Shown here: one piece after another, positions 1 through 7,936 of the stretch
How positions within the stretch are numbered: the first letter of the stretch is position 1
Layout: each line of letters opens with the position of its first letter
From: a virus
Taxonomy: Duplodnaviria > Heunggongvirae > Uroviricota > Caudoviricetes
Length of the DNA stretch: 30,950 nt
IMG/VR virus record: IMGVR_UViG_2695420421_000007
Direction: 5' to 3' (one strand)
Translations under genes and position numbers: made by a program
The notes under the pieces: model-generated
The model's input: the letters and a program-made list of their open reading frames with translations, nothing else
Databases searched by the model: none
Told to the model about the DNA's origin: nothing

Positions 1-44
1 CGGGCTAAGTTCCCTCAAAGTGATCTACTATTCCGCGCAGCTAT

Positions 45-509
45 TTAGATTCGTCTCGCCTGCCAGAAATTTTTCTGCCAATAGACATTATCAAGTGAGG
101 AACGCATCACTCCCTTGCTGGTAGAGGCGTGGATAAATTGGTTGTTGGTATCGTAAATACCTACATGCAAACCATTTTGTCCGGAACCCGTTTTGAAAAA
201 GACCAGGTCACCAGGCAGCAACTCGTCTTTATCAATTTGCGTGCCGATAGAGGCTTGTTCTTTGGTTTCTCGGGGCAGCTGCAAATCGAAACGATCGCGC
301 ATCGTTACAACCACAAATCCCGAACAGTCCACACCGCGCCGCGTCATGCCACCATAACGATACGGCGTGCCATGCCAGCTTTGTAGCTGGTCGTTCAAAC
401 CGGCAATAACGGTAATCGAATCAGAAAGTCTGGCATTTGGCGGCGGTGCTTTATGGTGGCTACACCCGGCCAGAAACAGTGCTGTGATCAAAATAAGGCA
501 GAAACGCAT
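45..509 (-). CDS. nlpC: NlpC/P60-family lipoprotein (154 aa)
   Basis: Translation has an N-terminal lipoprotein signal with LAGC lipobox and a conserved Cys in a DCSGF motif, typical of NlpC/P60 peptidases; synteny next to btuD as in E. coli. Confidence 0.88.
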   Translation of the reverse strand: MRFCLILITALFLAGCSHHKAPPPNARLSDSITVIAGLNDQLQSWHGTPYRYGGMTRRGVDCSGFVVVTMRDRFDLQLPRETKEQASIGTQIDKDELLPGDLVFFKTGSGQNGLHVGIYDTNNQFIHASTSKGVMRSSLDNVYWQKNFWQARRI

Positions 510-586
510 TCCGTACGGTTCCTCTGTTTTTTATTCTTGCATTAATTTAGCGTCGTAATTACCCGATTTTCAAGATACTAATGAAA

Positions 587-1336
587 TCAGATGGTCGAAA
601 TCAGCATTCTGTGACCTTCGATATCCAGACGGCGAAAATTCATCCCATAGGCCTGCGCCAGATTTGGCGGCGTGAGCACCTCTTCTCTGCGTCCACTGGC
701 CAGCATTTTTCCACCTTTTAGCAACCACGCCCGATGCGCATGACGCAATGTGTGGTTGAGATCGTGACTGCTCATCACAATCGCCAGTCCTTGCTGACAC
801 AGAGCGCTCAGAATTTTGTCTAACGCACTTTGTTGCGCAACATCAAGACTGTTCATCGGCTCATCAAGAAGCAGCAATTGGCCTGCGGGATTGGCTTGTG
901 GTGTGATTTGCAGCACCACCGCAGCAAGACGTACGCGTTGCCATTCACCGCCGGAAAGTTGATTGGTGCTACGTCCGAGTTTGTCATCAAGAGCCAGCGC
1001 CCCTGCGACATCATTCAGTAGTTCGGTACGCGTTTTATCGTGCTGATGCAGTGTCAGATAGTGCCAGACCGGCATTGCAAACGGCGGCGTCTGCTGTTGT
1101 GAAAGATAGGCGCGATGCAGCGCGAGTTTTGTTGCGGACCATGCTTCCAGTGGTTGCCCCGCGAACTGAATACTTCCCTTACCGCTGGTCATTCCGGCCA
1201 TTCGTGCCAGTAAGGTACTCTTACCCGCGCCATTCGGCCCCACCAGGTGCAGGATCTCCCCAGCCCGAACCTCGCCAGAAAGTGGCCCCAGGCGGGTAGA
1301 TTCCGCAACATCCTGTAACTGCATCACAATAGACAT
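587..1336 (-). CDS. btuD: Vitamin B12 ABC transporter ATP-binding protein (249 aa)
   Basis: Walker [13 protein letters not shown] signature LSGGE and Walker B LLLDEP in the translation; length and neighbours match btuD. Confidence 0.9.
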
Positions 1337-1887
1337 TATTTTGCCAACGCCAGTTTAATGCTTTCCATCACAATGGGGTCTTCCGGCGTCATATCCGGGG
1401 AAAAACGCTGGATGACCAATCCGTCCCTGCCAACTAAAAATTTCTCAAAATTCCATAAAATATCATCAGGGTACAGCGGTGCACGACCTTTGCTGACCAT
1501 ACGGGCATAGAATCCGCTCTCTTCCGGCGCGACTGCGGTCGGCGCTGCGGCAATCAATTTTTGATACAGCGGATGGCGTCCTTCGCCGTTAACTTCAATC
1601 TTACTGAACATCGGGAACGTCACCCCCCATGTGGTGGTACAGTAAGTTTTAATCTCTTCATCGCTGCCCGGTTCTTGTTCCAGAAACTGGTTGCACGGGA
1701 ATCCCAGCACCACAAAACCTCGATCGGCCCAGGCTTTCTGAATATTCTCCAACTGCTCATATTGCGGCGTTAAGCCACACTTTGAGGCGACATTGACAAT
1801 CAACAGCACATTACCGGCGTACTTCTCCAGCGTGGTCACTTCACCGTCGATATCTTTCACTACGGTCGTCAGAATGGAATCTTGCAT
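1336..1887 (-). CDS. btuE: Glutathione peroxidase-family protein (183 aa)
   Basis: Gpx-family motifs ([21 protein letters not shown]); stop overlaps btuD start; position between btuC and btuD. Confidence 0.9.
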
Positions 1888-1949
1888 CGTTTCTCCTGGG
1901 TGTGGTCAGTAAAAATCTTAGCTTTTAATCATAGACCGTCTTTTTGCGG

Positions 1950-2930
1950 CTAACGTCCTGCTTTTAACAATAACCAGATAAACACCGGCGCACCCAACGT
2001 TGCGGTGACCACGCCAATAGGCAGCTCTGCGGCAGCTAATGCCAGGCGCGCTACAATATCGGCCAGCAGCACTGCGCTCGCCCCTGCCAGCGCGCAGCCG
2101 GGAAGTAATACGCGATGATCGGTTAAACCACACAACCGAAGAATATGTGGGATCACCAGACCAATAAAGCCGATAGCACCCGCCAGCGCCACACTGACGC
2201 CAACCATCCAGCCGGTCGCTGCCACCAGCACATTGCGCCAGAACCACAGGGGTAAACCCAGTTGCCGCGCCGAGATCTCGCCAAGTGCTAACATATTCAT
2301 CGGCCTGGACTGACAACAGATCCACAACAACACGGGGATCAATGCCAGCATCAGCCAGCTTTGCCGCCAGTCTACGCCGCCAAAACCGCCCATCATCCAG
2401 TACATCAGCTGACGTAAATCAACAGAGGTGGAAAAGTAGATAGCCCACGTCATTAGTGCGCTACAGATAATCCCTAATGCAACGCCAGCCAGCAATAACC
2501 GACTGGTCGAAAGATGACGACGGGCGAAACGTAAGAGTATTAAAGTGATGATAAGCGCGCCAGCAATCGCACACAGCCCTAGCGCCCAGTTGGGGAGTTG
2601 CCCTTGCCCAAGCAATACCGCGGCGATAAGCCCCACGCCTGCGCCGTTAGAGACGCCAAGTAGTCCAGGTTCTGCCAGAGGATTTTCAAACAACGCCTGC
2701 ATTACAGCGCCGGATATAGCCAGCGCCGCACCAACCAGCAATACAGCCAGCGTACGTGGCAGGCGAATTTGCCAGACGAACAGTTCGCCACGAGGAGTAA
2801 ACCAGTCACCTGGCGAAATCCATTGTTCACCGGCGCAAAGGCTTAAGAGAAGCGCCAGCAGCATCAAAACTGACAGGCATAATAACCAGCGAATATTTTG
2901 TCGCTGTTGTTGGCGGGCAAGTGTCAGCAT
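1950..2930 (-). CDS. btuC: Vitamin B12 ABC transporter permease (326 aa)
   Basis: Highly hydrophobic multi-pass protein of FecCD/BtuC permease type; length and synteny match btuC. Confidence 0.9.
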   Translation of the reverse strand: MLTLARQQQRQNIRWLLCLSVLMLLALLLSLCAGEQWISPGDWFTPRGELFVWQIRLPRTLAVLLVGAALAISGAVMQALFENPLAEPGLLGVSNGAGVGLIAAVLLGQGQLPNWALGLCAIAGALIITLILLRFARRHLSTSRLLLAGVALGIICSALMTWAIYFSTSVDLRQLMYWMMGGFGGVDWRQSWLMLALIPVLLWICCQSRPMNMLALGEISARQLGLPLWFWRNVLVAATGWMVGVSVALAGAIGFIGLVIPHILRLCGLTDHRVLLPGCALAGASAVLLADIVARLALAAAELPIGVVTATLGAPVFIWLLLKAGR

Positions 2931-2986
2931 GGTATCCGTTCTGCTGAAGTGTCATGGCGTTGATTTTACGGTGACTCTTCGACAGT

Positions 2987-3013
2987 GAAAAGAAAAAAGG
3001 CCGCAGAGCGGCC
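2987..3013 (-). terminator. Rho-independent terminator (minus strand) closing the leftward prophage operon before btuC
   Basis: Minus-strand reading gives hairpin GGCCGC-tct-GCGGCC (2999..3013) followed by TTTTTTCTTTTC (2987..2998), downstream of the CDS ending at 3123. Confidence 0.6.
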
Positions 3014-3122
3014 ATAAACACAAACAAAAATCAATAAGTTAGGTAATTATCAAAGACTTACAGACACACAAAAACACAGCCAACCACAACAAATAACAGA
3101 GATGTGGTCAATTTGTGGATCA

Positions 3123-3668
3123 TCAGCCAACAAATTTAGCAACAAATACAGCAACCGCCGCTGTGAAAATGGTTGTGCACACTGGCACAATAATGCCACT
3201 CCAACGCCACTTCGTATTATCATCAACCTTGTCAAACCGCCGATTCATCTCATCCATAATCTTGTCAAAGCGTTTATCCATCGCTTCGGTAAGCTCACCC
3301 TTCAGGCTGTTAATGTCTGATTTGAGCTGCTCTTTCAGGTTAGCTGTATCAGATTTAAGCTCACCTTTCAGATTCGCAATATCGCATTCAAGATCACCTT
3401 TCAGATGTGCTATGTCTGCTTTGAGTTCACCTTTCACCTCACCAACATCGGCTTTAGTTGAGAGGTTTGTAGTGCGTTCAGCAAGCGTCGCAAGGTCGTT
3501 TCTTGTTAGCGATAAATCACCTTCGAGCCGCTCAATTCGCCTTTCAAGTTTATCTGACATTCCGCCTCCACTACTGCCGCCATCGCCACCATGATAAAGC
3601 ACATCACGCTCAGAATGCGACACACTACCTGCTGAATTACCGAAAAGATTTCTTGCTACATTACCCAT
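3123..3668 (-). CDS. Hendecad-repeat coiled-coil protein with C-terminal transmembrane anchor (about 181 aa); function unknown
   Basis: ORF track 3123..3677; preferred start is the ATG at 3668 (AGGA Shine-Dalgarno upstream), overlapping the stop of the upstream gene. Translation has five 11-residue LKGELKxDIxx-type repeats and a hydrophobic C-terminus GIIVPVCTTIFTAAVAVFVAKFV. AT-rich codons. Confidence 0.6.
   Translation of the reverse strand: MGNVARNLFGNSAGSVSHSERDVLYHGGDGGSSGGGMSDKLERRIERLEGDLSLTRNDLATLAERTTNLSTKADVGEVKGELKADIAHLKGDLECDIANLKGELKSDTANLKEQLKSDINSLKGELTEAMDKRFDKIMDEMNRRFDKVDDNTKWRWSGIIVPVCTTIFTAAVAVFVAKFVG
3291..3455. repeat. Five tandem 33-bp units inside the coiled-coil CDS
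   Basis: Units at 3291-3323, 3324-3356, 3357-3389, 3390-3422 and 3423-3455 share the core (a/g)AG(c/a/t)TCACC(c/t)TTCA on the plus strand; they encode the 11-aa repeats. Confidence 0.65.
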
Positions 3669-4161
3669 TATCACCATCCTGCGCTTTGTCTTTCTCCAAC
3701 CACTTCAGCACCGCAGACGTACGATAAAGGCTCAGGTAACCACAATTCAGGCAATGCAGCGTGTAATAAGTTTTGCGCATATCAGGTATGCTCTTAACAT
3801 CACCCAAAAAAGCATAAGATACATAATGCTTTATGTTCTCTTTAATTAACTCACTCTGTTCCTCCAGGGGTAGATTGTTAAAATTTTCTGGTTTCTTATT
3901 TTTATCCCAGCAAAGATCCATACTTTCTGGAACAGATAATCGCGACGATCCACATGAAGGGCAGACACTGGAGACCCCCTTCTCAGACAAGAAACGGAAG
4001 AAGATTTCTGGCGTAATCTCCATCAGCCGCTCTTTATGTTTTTTGACACGACTCATCGACTTCTTATTGATTTCATCAGCTTCTTCTTTGCATTTATCTT
4101 CTATATATTTCGATAGTAAATAGTCATATAACTCTTTTTTTGTAGGTTTTTTTATTTCCAT
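3661..4161 (-). CDS. Cys-cluster (putative zinc-ribbon) protein, 166 aa; function unknown
   Basis: Translation contains CPSCGS and CLNCG cysteine pairs, Lys/Glu-rich and AT-rich. ATG lies 2 nt after the int stop with a GGAGGA Shine-Dalgarno inside the int 3' end. Confidence 0.6.
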   Translation of the reverse strand: MEIKKPTKKELYDYLLSKYIEDKCKEEADEINKKSMSRVKKHKERLMEITPEIFFRFLSEKGVSSVCPSCGSSRLSVPESMDLCWDKNKKPENFNNLPLEEQSELIKENIKHYVSYAFLGDVKSIPDMRKTYYTLHCLNCGYLSLYRTSAVLKWLEKDKAQDGDNG

Positions 4162-4163
4162 AG

Positions 4164-5141
4164 TTACATTCCTCCCAAGGGATTAAACCTCACCGCATCC
4201 TGCAAGTAATCCGGCGCAAGATGGGCATAAATCATCGTTGTCTGAATCTTTGCGTGCCCCAGAATTTTCTGGAGCGTCAGAATATTGCCGCCGTTCATCA
4301 TGAAATGACTGGCGAAGGTGTGGCGCAGCGCATGAACAGCCTGGCCGTCAGGAACATCAGGTGCGACCGTTTTGATGACATCGCGAACCAATGAATAATC
4401 CAGCGTCGGAAACACCAGTTTCCCGCCCCGTTTTTTGATCTTTTCAAACAGGCTTTCAGAAATAGGAACGGTACGGTTTTTGCTGTTCTTCGTTTTTGAA
4501 AAAGTGATTCGACAATGAAGAACACGGCGCTGCTCCAGTGCCGCTACCTCGCCCCATCGCGCCCCGGTCGACAGAAGGATTTCGACGGCCAGCCGTTCAT
4601 CGGGATTTTCAGCCAGTGCATCCAGCAACTGAACACATTCAGACTTACTCAGATATCCCATTTCACGCTCGTTAACCTTCATTCCTTTAAGGCCTTGAAC
4701 GGGGTTATCGTTAAGAAAATGGCCGGATGAGATGAGTGCGGTAAACATCGCGCTTAACGCCCCAATCTCTCGATTTATGGTGCTGGGCTGTATCCCCTGC
4801 TCTATCCTGGACACACGTAGCTCGGTGAGCATCGTTGTATTAAGTTTATGCACGCACGGGTCATCCATTGCCTCACTCAAGCGCAGCAATTTAAGGCGCG
4901 TGTTATGCCCTGACTTCATTAGCTGGCCGTGGTATTTCCACCACAAGTCAATAAGCACTGACAGCGGACGGCGATCAATGGAGTTTCCTTTCCACTCATT
5001 GTTATGCTGTTGCGCCAGCACCCACCGCTCATATAAAACTGCATCCGATTTCGTTTTAAATTTTTTGCGAATGCGTTTGCCTTTACGCCCCTCAGGACGC
5101 ATGTCAAGAAGATACCCTCCCGGAATTGATTTTATGCTCAT
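4164..5141 (-). CDS. int: Tyrosine recombinase / phage integrase (P2 Int-like)
   Basis: C-terminal catalytic region HALRHTFASH ... LGHAKIQTTMIYAHL is the tyrosine recombinase R-H-R-Y signature. ORF extends to 5291, but the Met at 5141 (MSIKSIPGGY) gives a P2 Int-like length of 326 aa. Confidence 0.88.
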   Translation of the reverse strand: MSIKSIPGGYLLDMRPEGRKGKRIRKKFKTKSDAVLYERWVLAQQHNNEWKGNSIDRRPLSVLIDLWWKYHGQLMKSGHNTRLKLLRLSEAMDDPCVHKLNTTMLTELRVSRIEQGIQPSTINREIGALSAMFTALISSGHFLNDNPVQGLKGMKVNEREMGYLSKSECVQLLDALAENPDERLAVEILLSTGARWGEVAALEQRRVLHCRITFSKTKNSKNRTVPISESLFEKIKKRGGKLVFPTLDYSLVRDVIKTVAPDVPDGQAVHALRHTFASHFMMNGGNILTLQKILGHAKIQTTMIYAHLAPDYLQDAVRFNPLGGM

Positions 5142-5190
5142 TCGTGAAGCCCCAGCGTTACAAGACCACCATGCCCCCAGCGTTCCATGA

Positions 5191-5502
5191 TTAGCCGGGC
5201 TGTGTGCCAGTCTTGCGGGATTTTTGAGAAGACGATGTGTTTTCTGGCCCATCAGGGGAGAGAGAAGGACTGATCTGCCCAGCAGCCTCATTTGTTTCGT
5301 TACTCATCAACCACGTAGTGTATTTTTTAAATTCCGGGTGCATTGTGATTTTCAGTAAAACCTCCGTTCCCACACCTCGAATACCAGTCTCGTATTGCTT
5401 AACCGTACCAACCGCAATACCTATTGAATCCGCGAACTTTGCCTGACTAAGCCCCTCAGATTCTCGAATTGCTTTTAGCTTCTTTGATATCTCTATTGAC
5501 AT
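5191..5502 (-). CDS. C: P2 C-type immunity repressor (about 104 aa)
   Basis: From the internal Met (MSIEISKKLKAIRESEGLSQAKFADSIGIAVGTVKQYETG...TTWLMSNE...AGQISP) the translation parallels the P2 C repressor as recalled from memory (HTH, then a FTKYTLWFM-like block). Divergent from the early operon, upstream of int. Confidence 0.78.
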   Translation of the reverse strand: MSIEISKKLKAIRESEGLSQAKFADSIGIAVGTVKQYETGIRGVGTEVLLKITMHPEFKKYTTWLMSNETNEAAGQISPSLSPDGPENTSSSQKSRKTGTQPG

Positions 5503-5597
5503 GGTGTGCACCTGAATACTATATTGGTTATCAGTTGAGTACCACTTGACGCTACAAAGAGCCACAAATAGCACCAGATTGAATAGGTTATCACACC
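5503..5597. promoter_or_regulatory. Immunity switch region: divergent repressor and early promoters with candidate operators
   Basis: 95-bp gap between divergent C and the first early gene. Direct repeats AT(T/A)GGTTATCA at about 5520-5530 and 5580-5590 flank a TTGACG -35-like hexamer (about 5546). Confidence 0.45.
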
Positions 5598-5876
5598 ATG
5601 GCAAAAGTCCTTAACACATACGAACAAGCGGATTTTGAGCGTTTGGCGGCGTTCTACCCATACCGTAATGAACATGGGCTACCGGTACTTGAAGAAAGCC
5701 TAGAGGATTATGCGAAACGCACAAATCAAAGCATTCTCGCTGTAAGAAGGCAGGCTGATAGATCGGTAATTCCCGTTACTCAAGAAGGAAGAAACACAAA
5801 ACGCAAAGTAAATCTCTTCGCAATTTTCCTGAAAACCATCAGAAACGCAGAGAAATACGTGCAGATGACAAAATAA
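5598..5876 (+). CDS. First early-operon gene, positional equivalent of Cox/Apl (92 aa); function inferred from position only
   Basis: Divergent from C immediately across the operator region. Sequence does not obviously match P2 Cox. Confidence 0.5.
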   Translation: MAKVLNTYEQADFERLAAFYPYRNEHGLPVLEESLEDYAKRTNQSILAVRRQADRSVIPVTQEGRNTKRKVNLFAIFLKTIRNAEKYVQMTK

Positions 5877-5890
5877 CGAGGTGTCATTTT

Positions 5891-6229
5891 ATGCTGAAGC
5901 AACGCCGTAATTTTTGTACCGGAACAGAACGCCACGCTAACCGTTTCACTACCAGTGCATCACGCAGCAACATCCGCTACAGCCTGAGTGATACACACGC
6001 AACGCCGGATGGCTACCCAGTAAAACAAATCGGCGAGCACGCCTGGCTGATTGAGAAAGCTGGAATCGTGATCCACAAATGCCCACGCAATCCGTTTACC
6101 GGAAACCGCATTTTTGCACTGAGCTGTGGCGACAATCAGTTCGGGCAGGATTTCACATTATACGAAGCACTTCGCACGGTTGATCGTCTGCTTCGCGGGC
6201 AAAGTTTTATTAAACAGGCTGATTTATAA
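5891..6229 (+). CDS. Hypothetical early phage protein (112 aa)
   Basis: ORF in the early operon with ATG start and GAGG upstream; no recognisable motif. Confidence 0.55.
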   Translation: MLKQRRNFCTGTERHANRFTTSASRSNIRYSLSDTHATPDGYPVKQIGEHAWLIEKAGIVIHKCPRNPFTGNRIFALSCGDNQFGQDFTLYEALRTVDRLLRGQSFIKQADL

Positions 6230-6239
6230 CAGGTGCTTT

Positions 6240-6527
6240 ATGACCAAAGACAATGCACAAGGTGTATTTATCCGTTTTATTGATTTTCGCGGTGAACTGT
6301 TATTACGTGCATCCGCTATTGACGGAGTGACTCCGGCGGGTAAAAACGGAGCCGACGAAGCCACTTACGTTTATCTGAACGGCACGCGACTGCTTGTGGA
6401 ACTTCCGTACCAGACCGTACGAGAAATCATCAGCGAAGATGAAAAGGCACGCCAGGTTAATGGCGATGAACCCTATATCGAAATTATTTGTATGGATTCA
6501 GAAGCTGAAATACAGAAAGCAGATTAA
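6240..6527 (+). CDS. Hypothetical early phage protein (95 aa)
   Basis: In-frame ATG at 6240 within ORF 6126..6527, preceded by AACAGG; upstream part of the ORF overlaps the previous gene so the internal start is preferred. Confidence 0.55.
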   Translation: MTKDNAQGVFIRFIDFRGELLLRASAIDGVTPAGKNGADEATYVYLNGTRLLVELPYQTVREIISEDEKARQVNGDEPYIEIICMDSEAEIQKAD

Positions 6528-6538
6528 AGGGCGTTGTG

Positions 6539-6781
6539 ATGGGCAAAGAATATAAAACTCTCATTAACAAAGCACTTGAGCGTTTTTATTTTCGCTTAAG
6601 TGCATCAGGCGCTCATGCTGAACGTGCGGCCCGTGACTCATTGACCAGAGCAATCCGAAGTCTGTATGACGTGGCTTTTTACGCTGATGATCTGGATGCA
6701 CTTAACGAACTTTCCGAGCTGATCTGTGCCGCAGAATGCGGGGAACATATTGAACCGTATAAGCTGGGAAATATCGCATGA
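6539..6781 (+). CDS. Hypothetical early phage protein (about 80 aa)
   Basis: ORF 6536..6781; ATG at 6539 preceded by AAAGGG. Confidence 0.5.
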   Translation: MGKEYKTLINKALERFYFRLSASGAHAERAARDSLTRAIRSLYDVAFYADDLDALNELSELICAAECGEHIEPYKLGNIA

Positions 6782-6891
6782 GTATATTTATTTCATGGCT
6801 TGTTCTGATTATTTCGGTGGTCTGCGCCATTGGGATTATGCGAATTATTAATTCAGTAAAAAAGATTGAACGCTTTTTCACTGAAGAATAA
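6778..6891 (+). CDS. Small hydrophobic peptide (37 aa), predicted single-pass membrane protein
   Basis: Not in the ORF track (too short). ATG at 6778 overlaps the stop of the upstream gene (ATGA). Translation MSIFISWLVLIISVVCAIGIMRIINSVKKIERFFTEE is hydrophobic then basic. Confidence 0.4.
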   Translation: MSIFISWLVLIISVVCAIGIMRIINSVKKIERFFTEE

Positions 6892-6977
6892 CCGCGCAAA
6901 TAAGACCCTAGGTTAAATAAGAAAATGTGAAAACAATCCGCATTCGCGGAGGTATTCGCACACGCCAAGGAGGCGTA

Positions 6978-7181
6978 ATGGCAATTAAGCATTTTCCTGT
7001 CGTTCGTTTCACCTCCAGAGGACGTGAATACGAAGTTGACGAACGCCTGATTACCACAATCGACAAACACCGTTCAGAAAAGGATGCACATCATATCTAT
7101 CTCACTGACGGCACTTACTTCTGCGCCACCAACGTGGTGCAGGTGAATCTTATCAGACAGGTACAGGAGTCACGCAGATGA
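6978..7181 (+). CDS. Hypothetical early phage protein (67 aa)
   Basis: Internal ATG at 6978 directly preceded by AAGGAGG Shine-Dalgarno; ORF track gives 6927..7181. Confidence 0.5.
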   Translation: MAIKHFPVVRFTSRGREYEVDERLITTIDKHRSEKDAHHIYLTDGTYFCATNVVQVNLIRQVQESRR

Positions 7182-7423
7182 CCATTCTGGACTACATCGC
7201 TGCCAATCCGGGTTGTAGCAGTGGAGAAATCGCCGCAGCACTGAATACACCAACCACAACCATTAATGCGGAGCTACGCCGTCTCTGGCGCAGCGGTTTA
7301 GTCACAAGAAAAGAGCGCAAAACAGGCGGTCGCTTTTCTTATCAGGTAAACCTGATGCCGTTTGGGTGTAGCAACCCACTAACCCAGATGTTCAACCAGC
7401 TACTGAGGGAAATCAGAGCATGA
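7178..7423 (+). CDS. Small putative winged-helix DNA-binding protein (81 aa)
   Basis: Start overlaps the preceding stop (ATGA). Translation pattern SSGEIAAALNTPTTTINAELRRLWRSGLV resembles a wHTH fold (inference from sequence pattern only). Confidence 0.5.
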   Translation: MTILDYIAANPGCSSGEIAAALNTPTTTINAELRRLWRSGLVTRKERKTGGRFSYQVNLMPFGCSNPLTQMFNQLLREIRA

Positions 7424-7564
7424 GCACCTCCAACTGCCGGAAACCACGTCGGGCTTCAGCAGCTCATCCGGCAGCAAAACAAACTCCATTAATTCCTGTT
7501 CCGGGCCTTTCCTGCACCTTGCGGCGGGAGGCCTTCGCACATCTGTAACAAGAGGATTGCCGCA

Positions 7565-7930
7565 ATGATTCTCGCCAACGACTTTCTTGAATACCTGCTC
7601 AACACAGAGCGTGATCTTGCCGCTCGCGTGCGTGATCGTTATGACATGTACCTGAAATCCCTGCCTGTACCGCAGCTCGCTGACGGAAAGATTGTTATTG
7701 ATGGTCGCTACATGATTGACAGCCACGAGGGAAATTACAGGCTTTACCGCATTGAAGGTGGCACCCCGTCCGTTATTGGCATTTACCAGCGCCCATCCTC
7801 TGCAATCGTCGATGTGATTGCCGACAGCATCCGCATCACACATCGCCATGCCGACACAGAAGACACCGTGCTGGAAATTCAGCGGCTGGCTACAGTCTGC
7901 CGCGACACCCTGAATGGCATGACGAAGTAA
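7565..7930 (+). CDS. Hypothetical early phage protein (121 aa)
   Basis: ORF immediately upstream of the replication gene; no recognisable motif. Confidence 0.5.
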   Translation: MILANDFLEYLLNTERDLAARVRDRYDMYLKSLPVPQLADGKIVIDGRYMIDSHEGNYRLYRIEGGTPSVIGIYQRPSSAIVDVIADSIRITHRHADTEDTVLEIQRLATVCRDTLNGMTK

Positions 7931-7936
7931 ATCACT

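Noticed and set aside
4164-5291. Integrase annotated at the full 375-aa ORF length
   Set aside because: The first 50 codons have no integrase-like sequence and would almost abut the C gene; the Met at 5141 gives a P2 Int-like length, so the shorter call is preferred.
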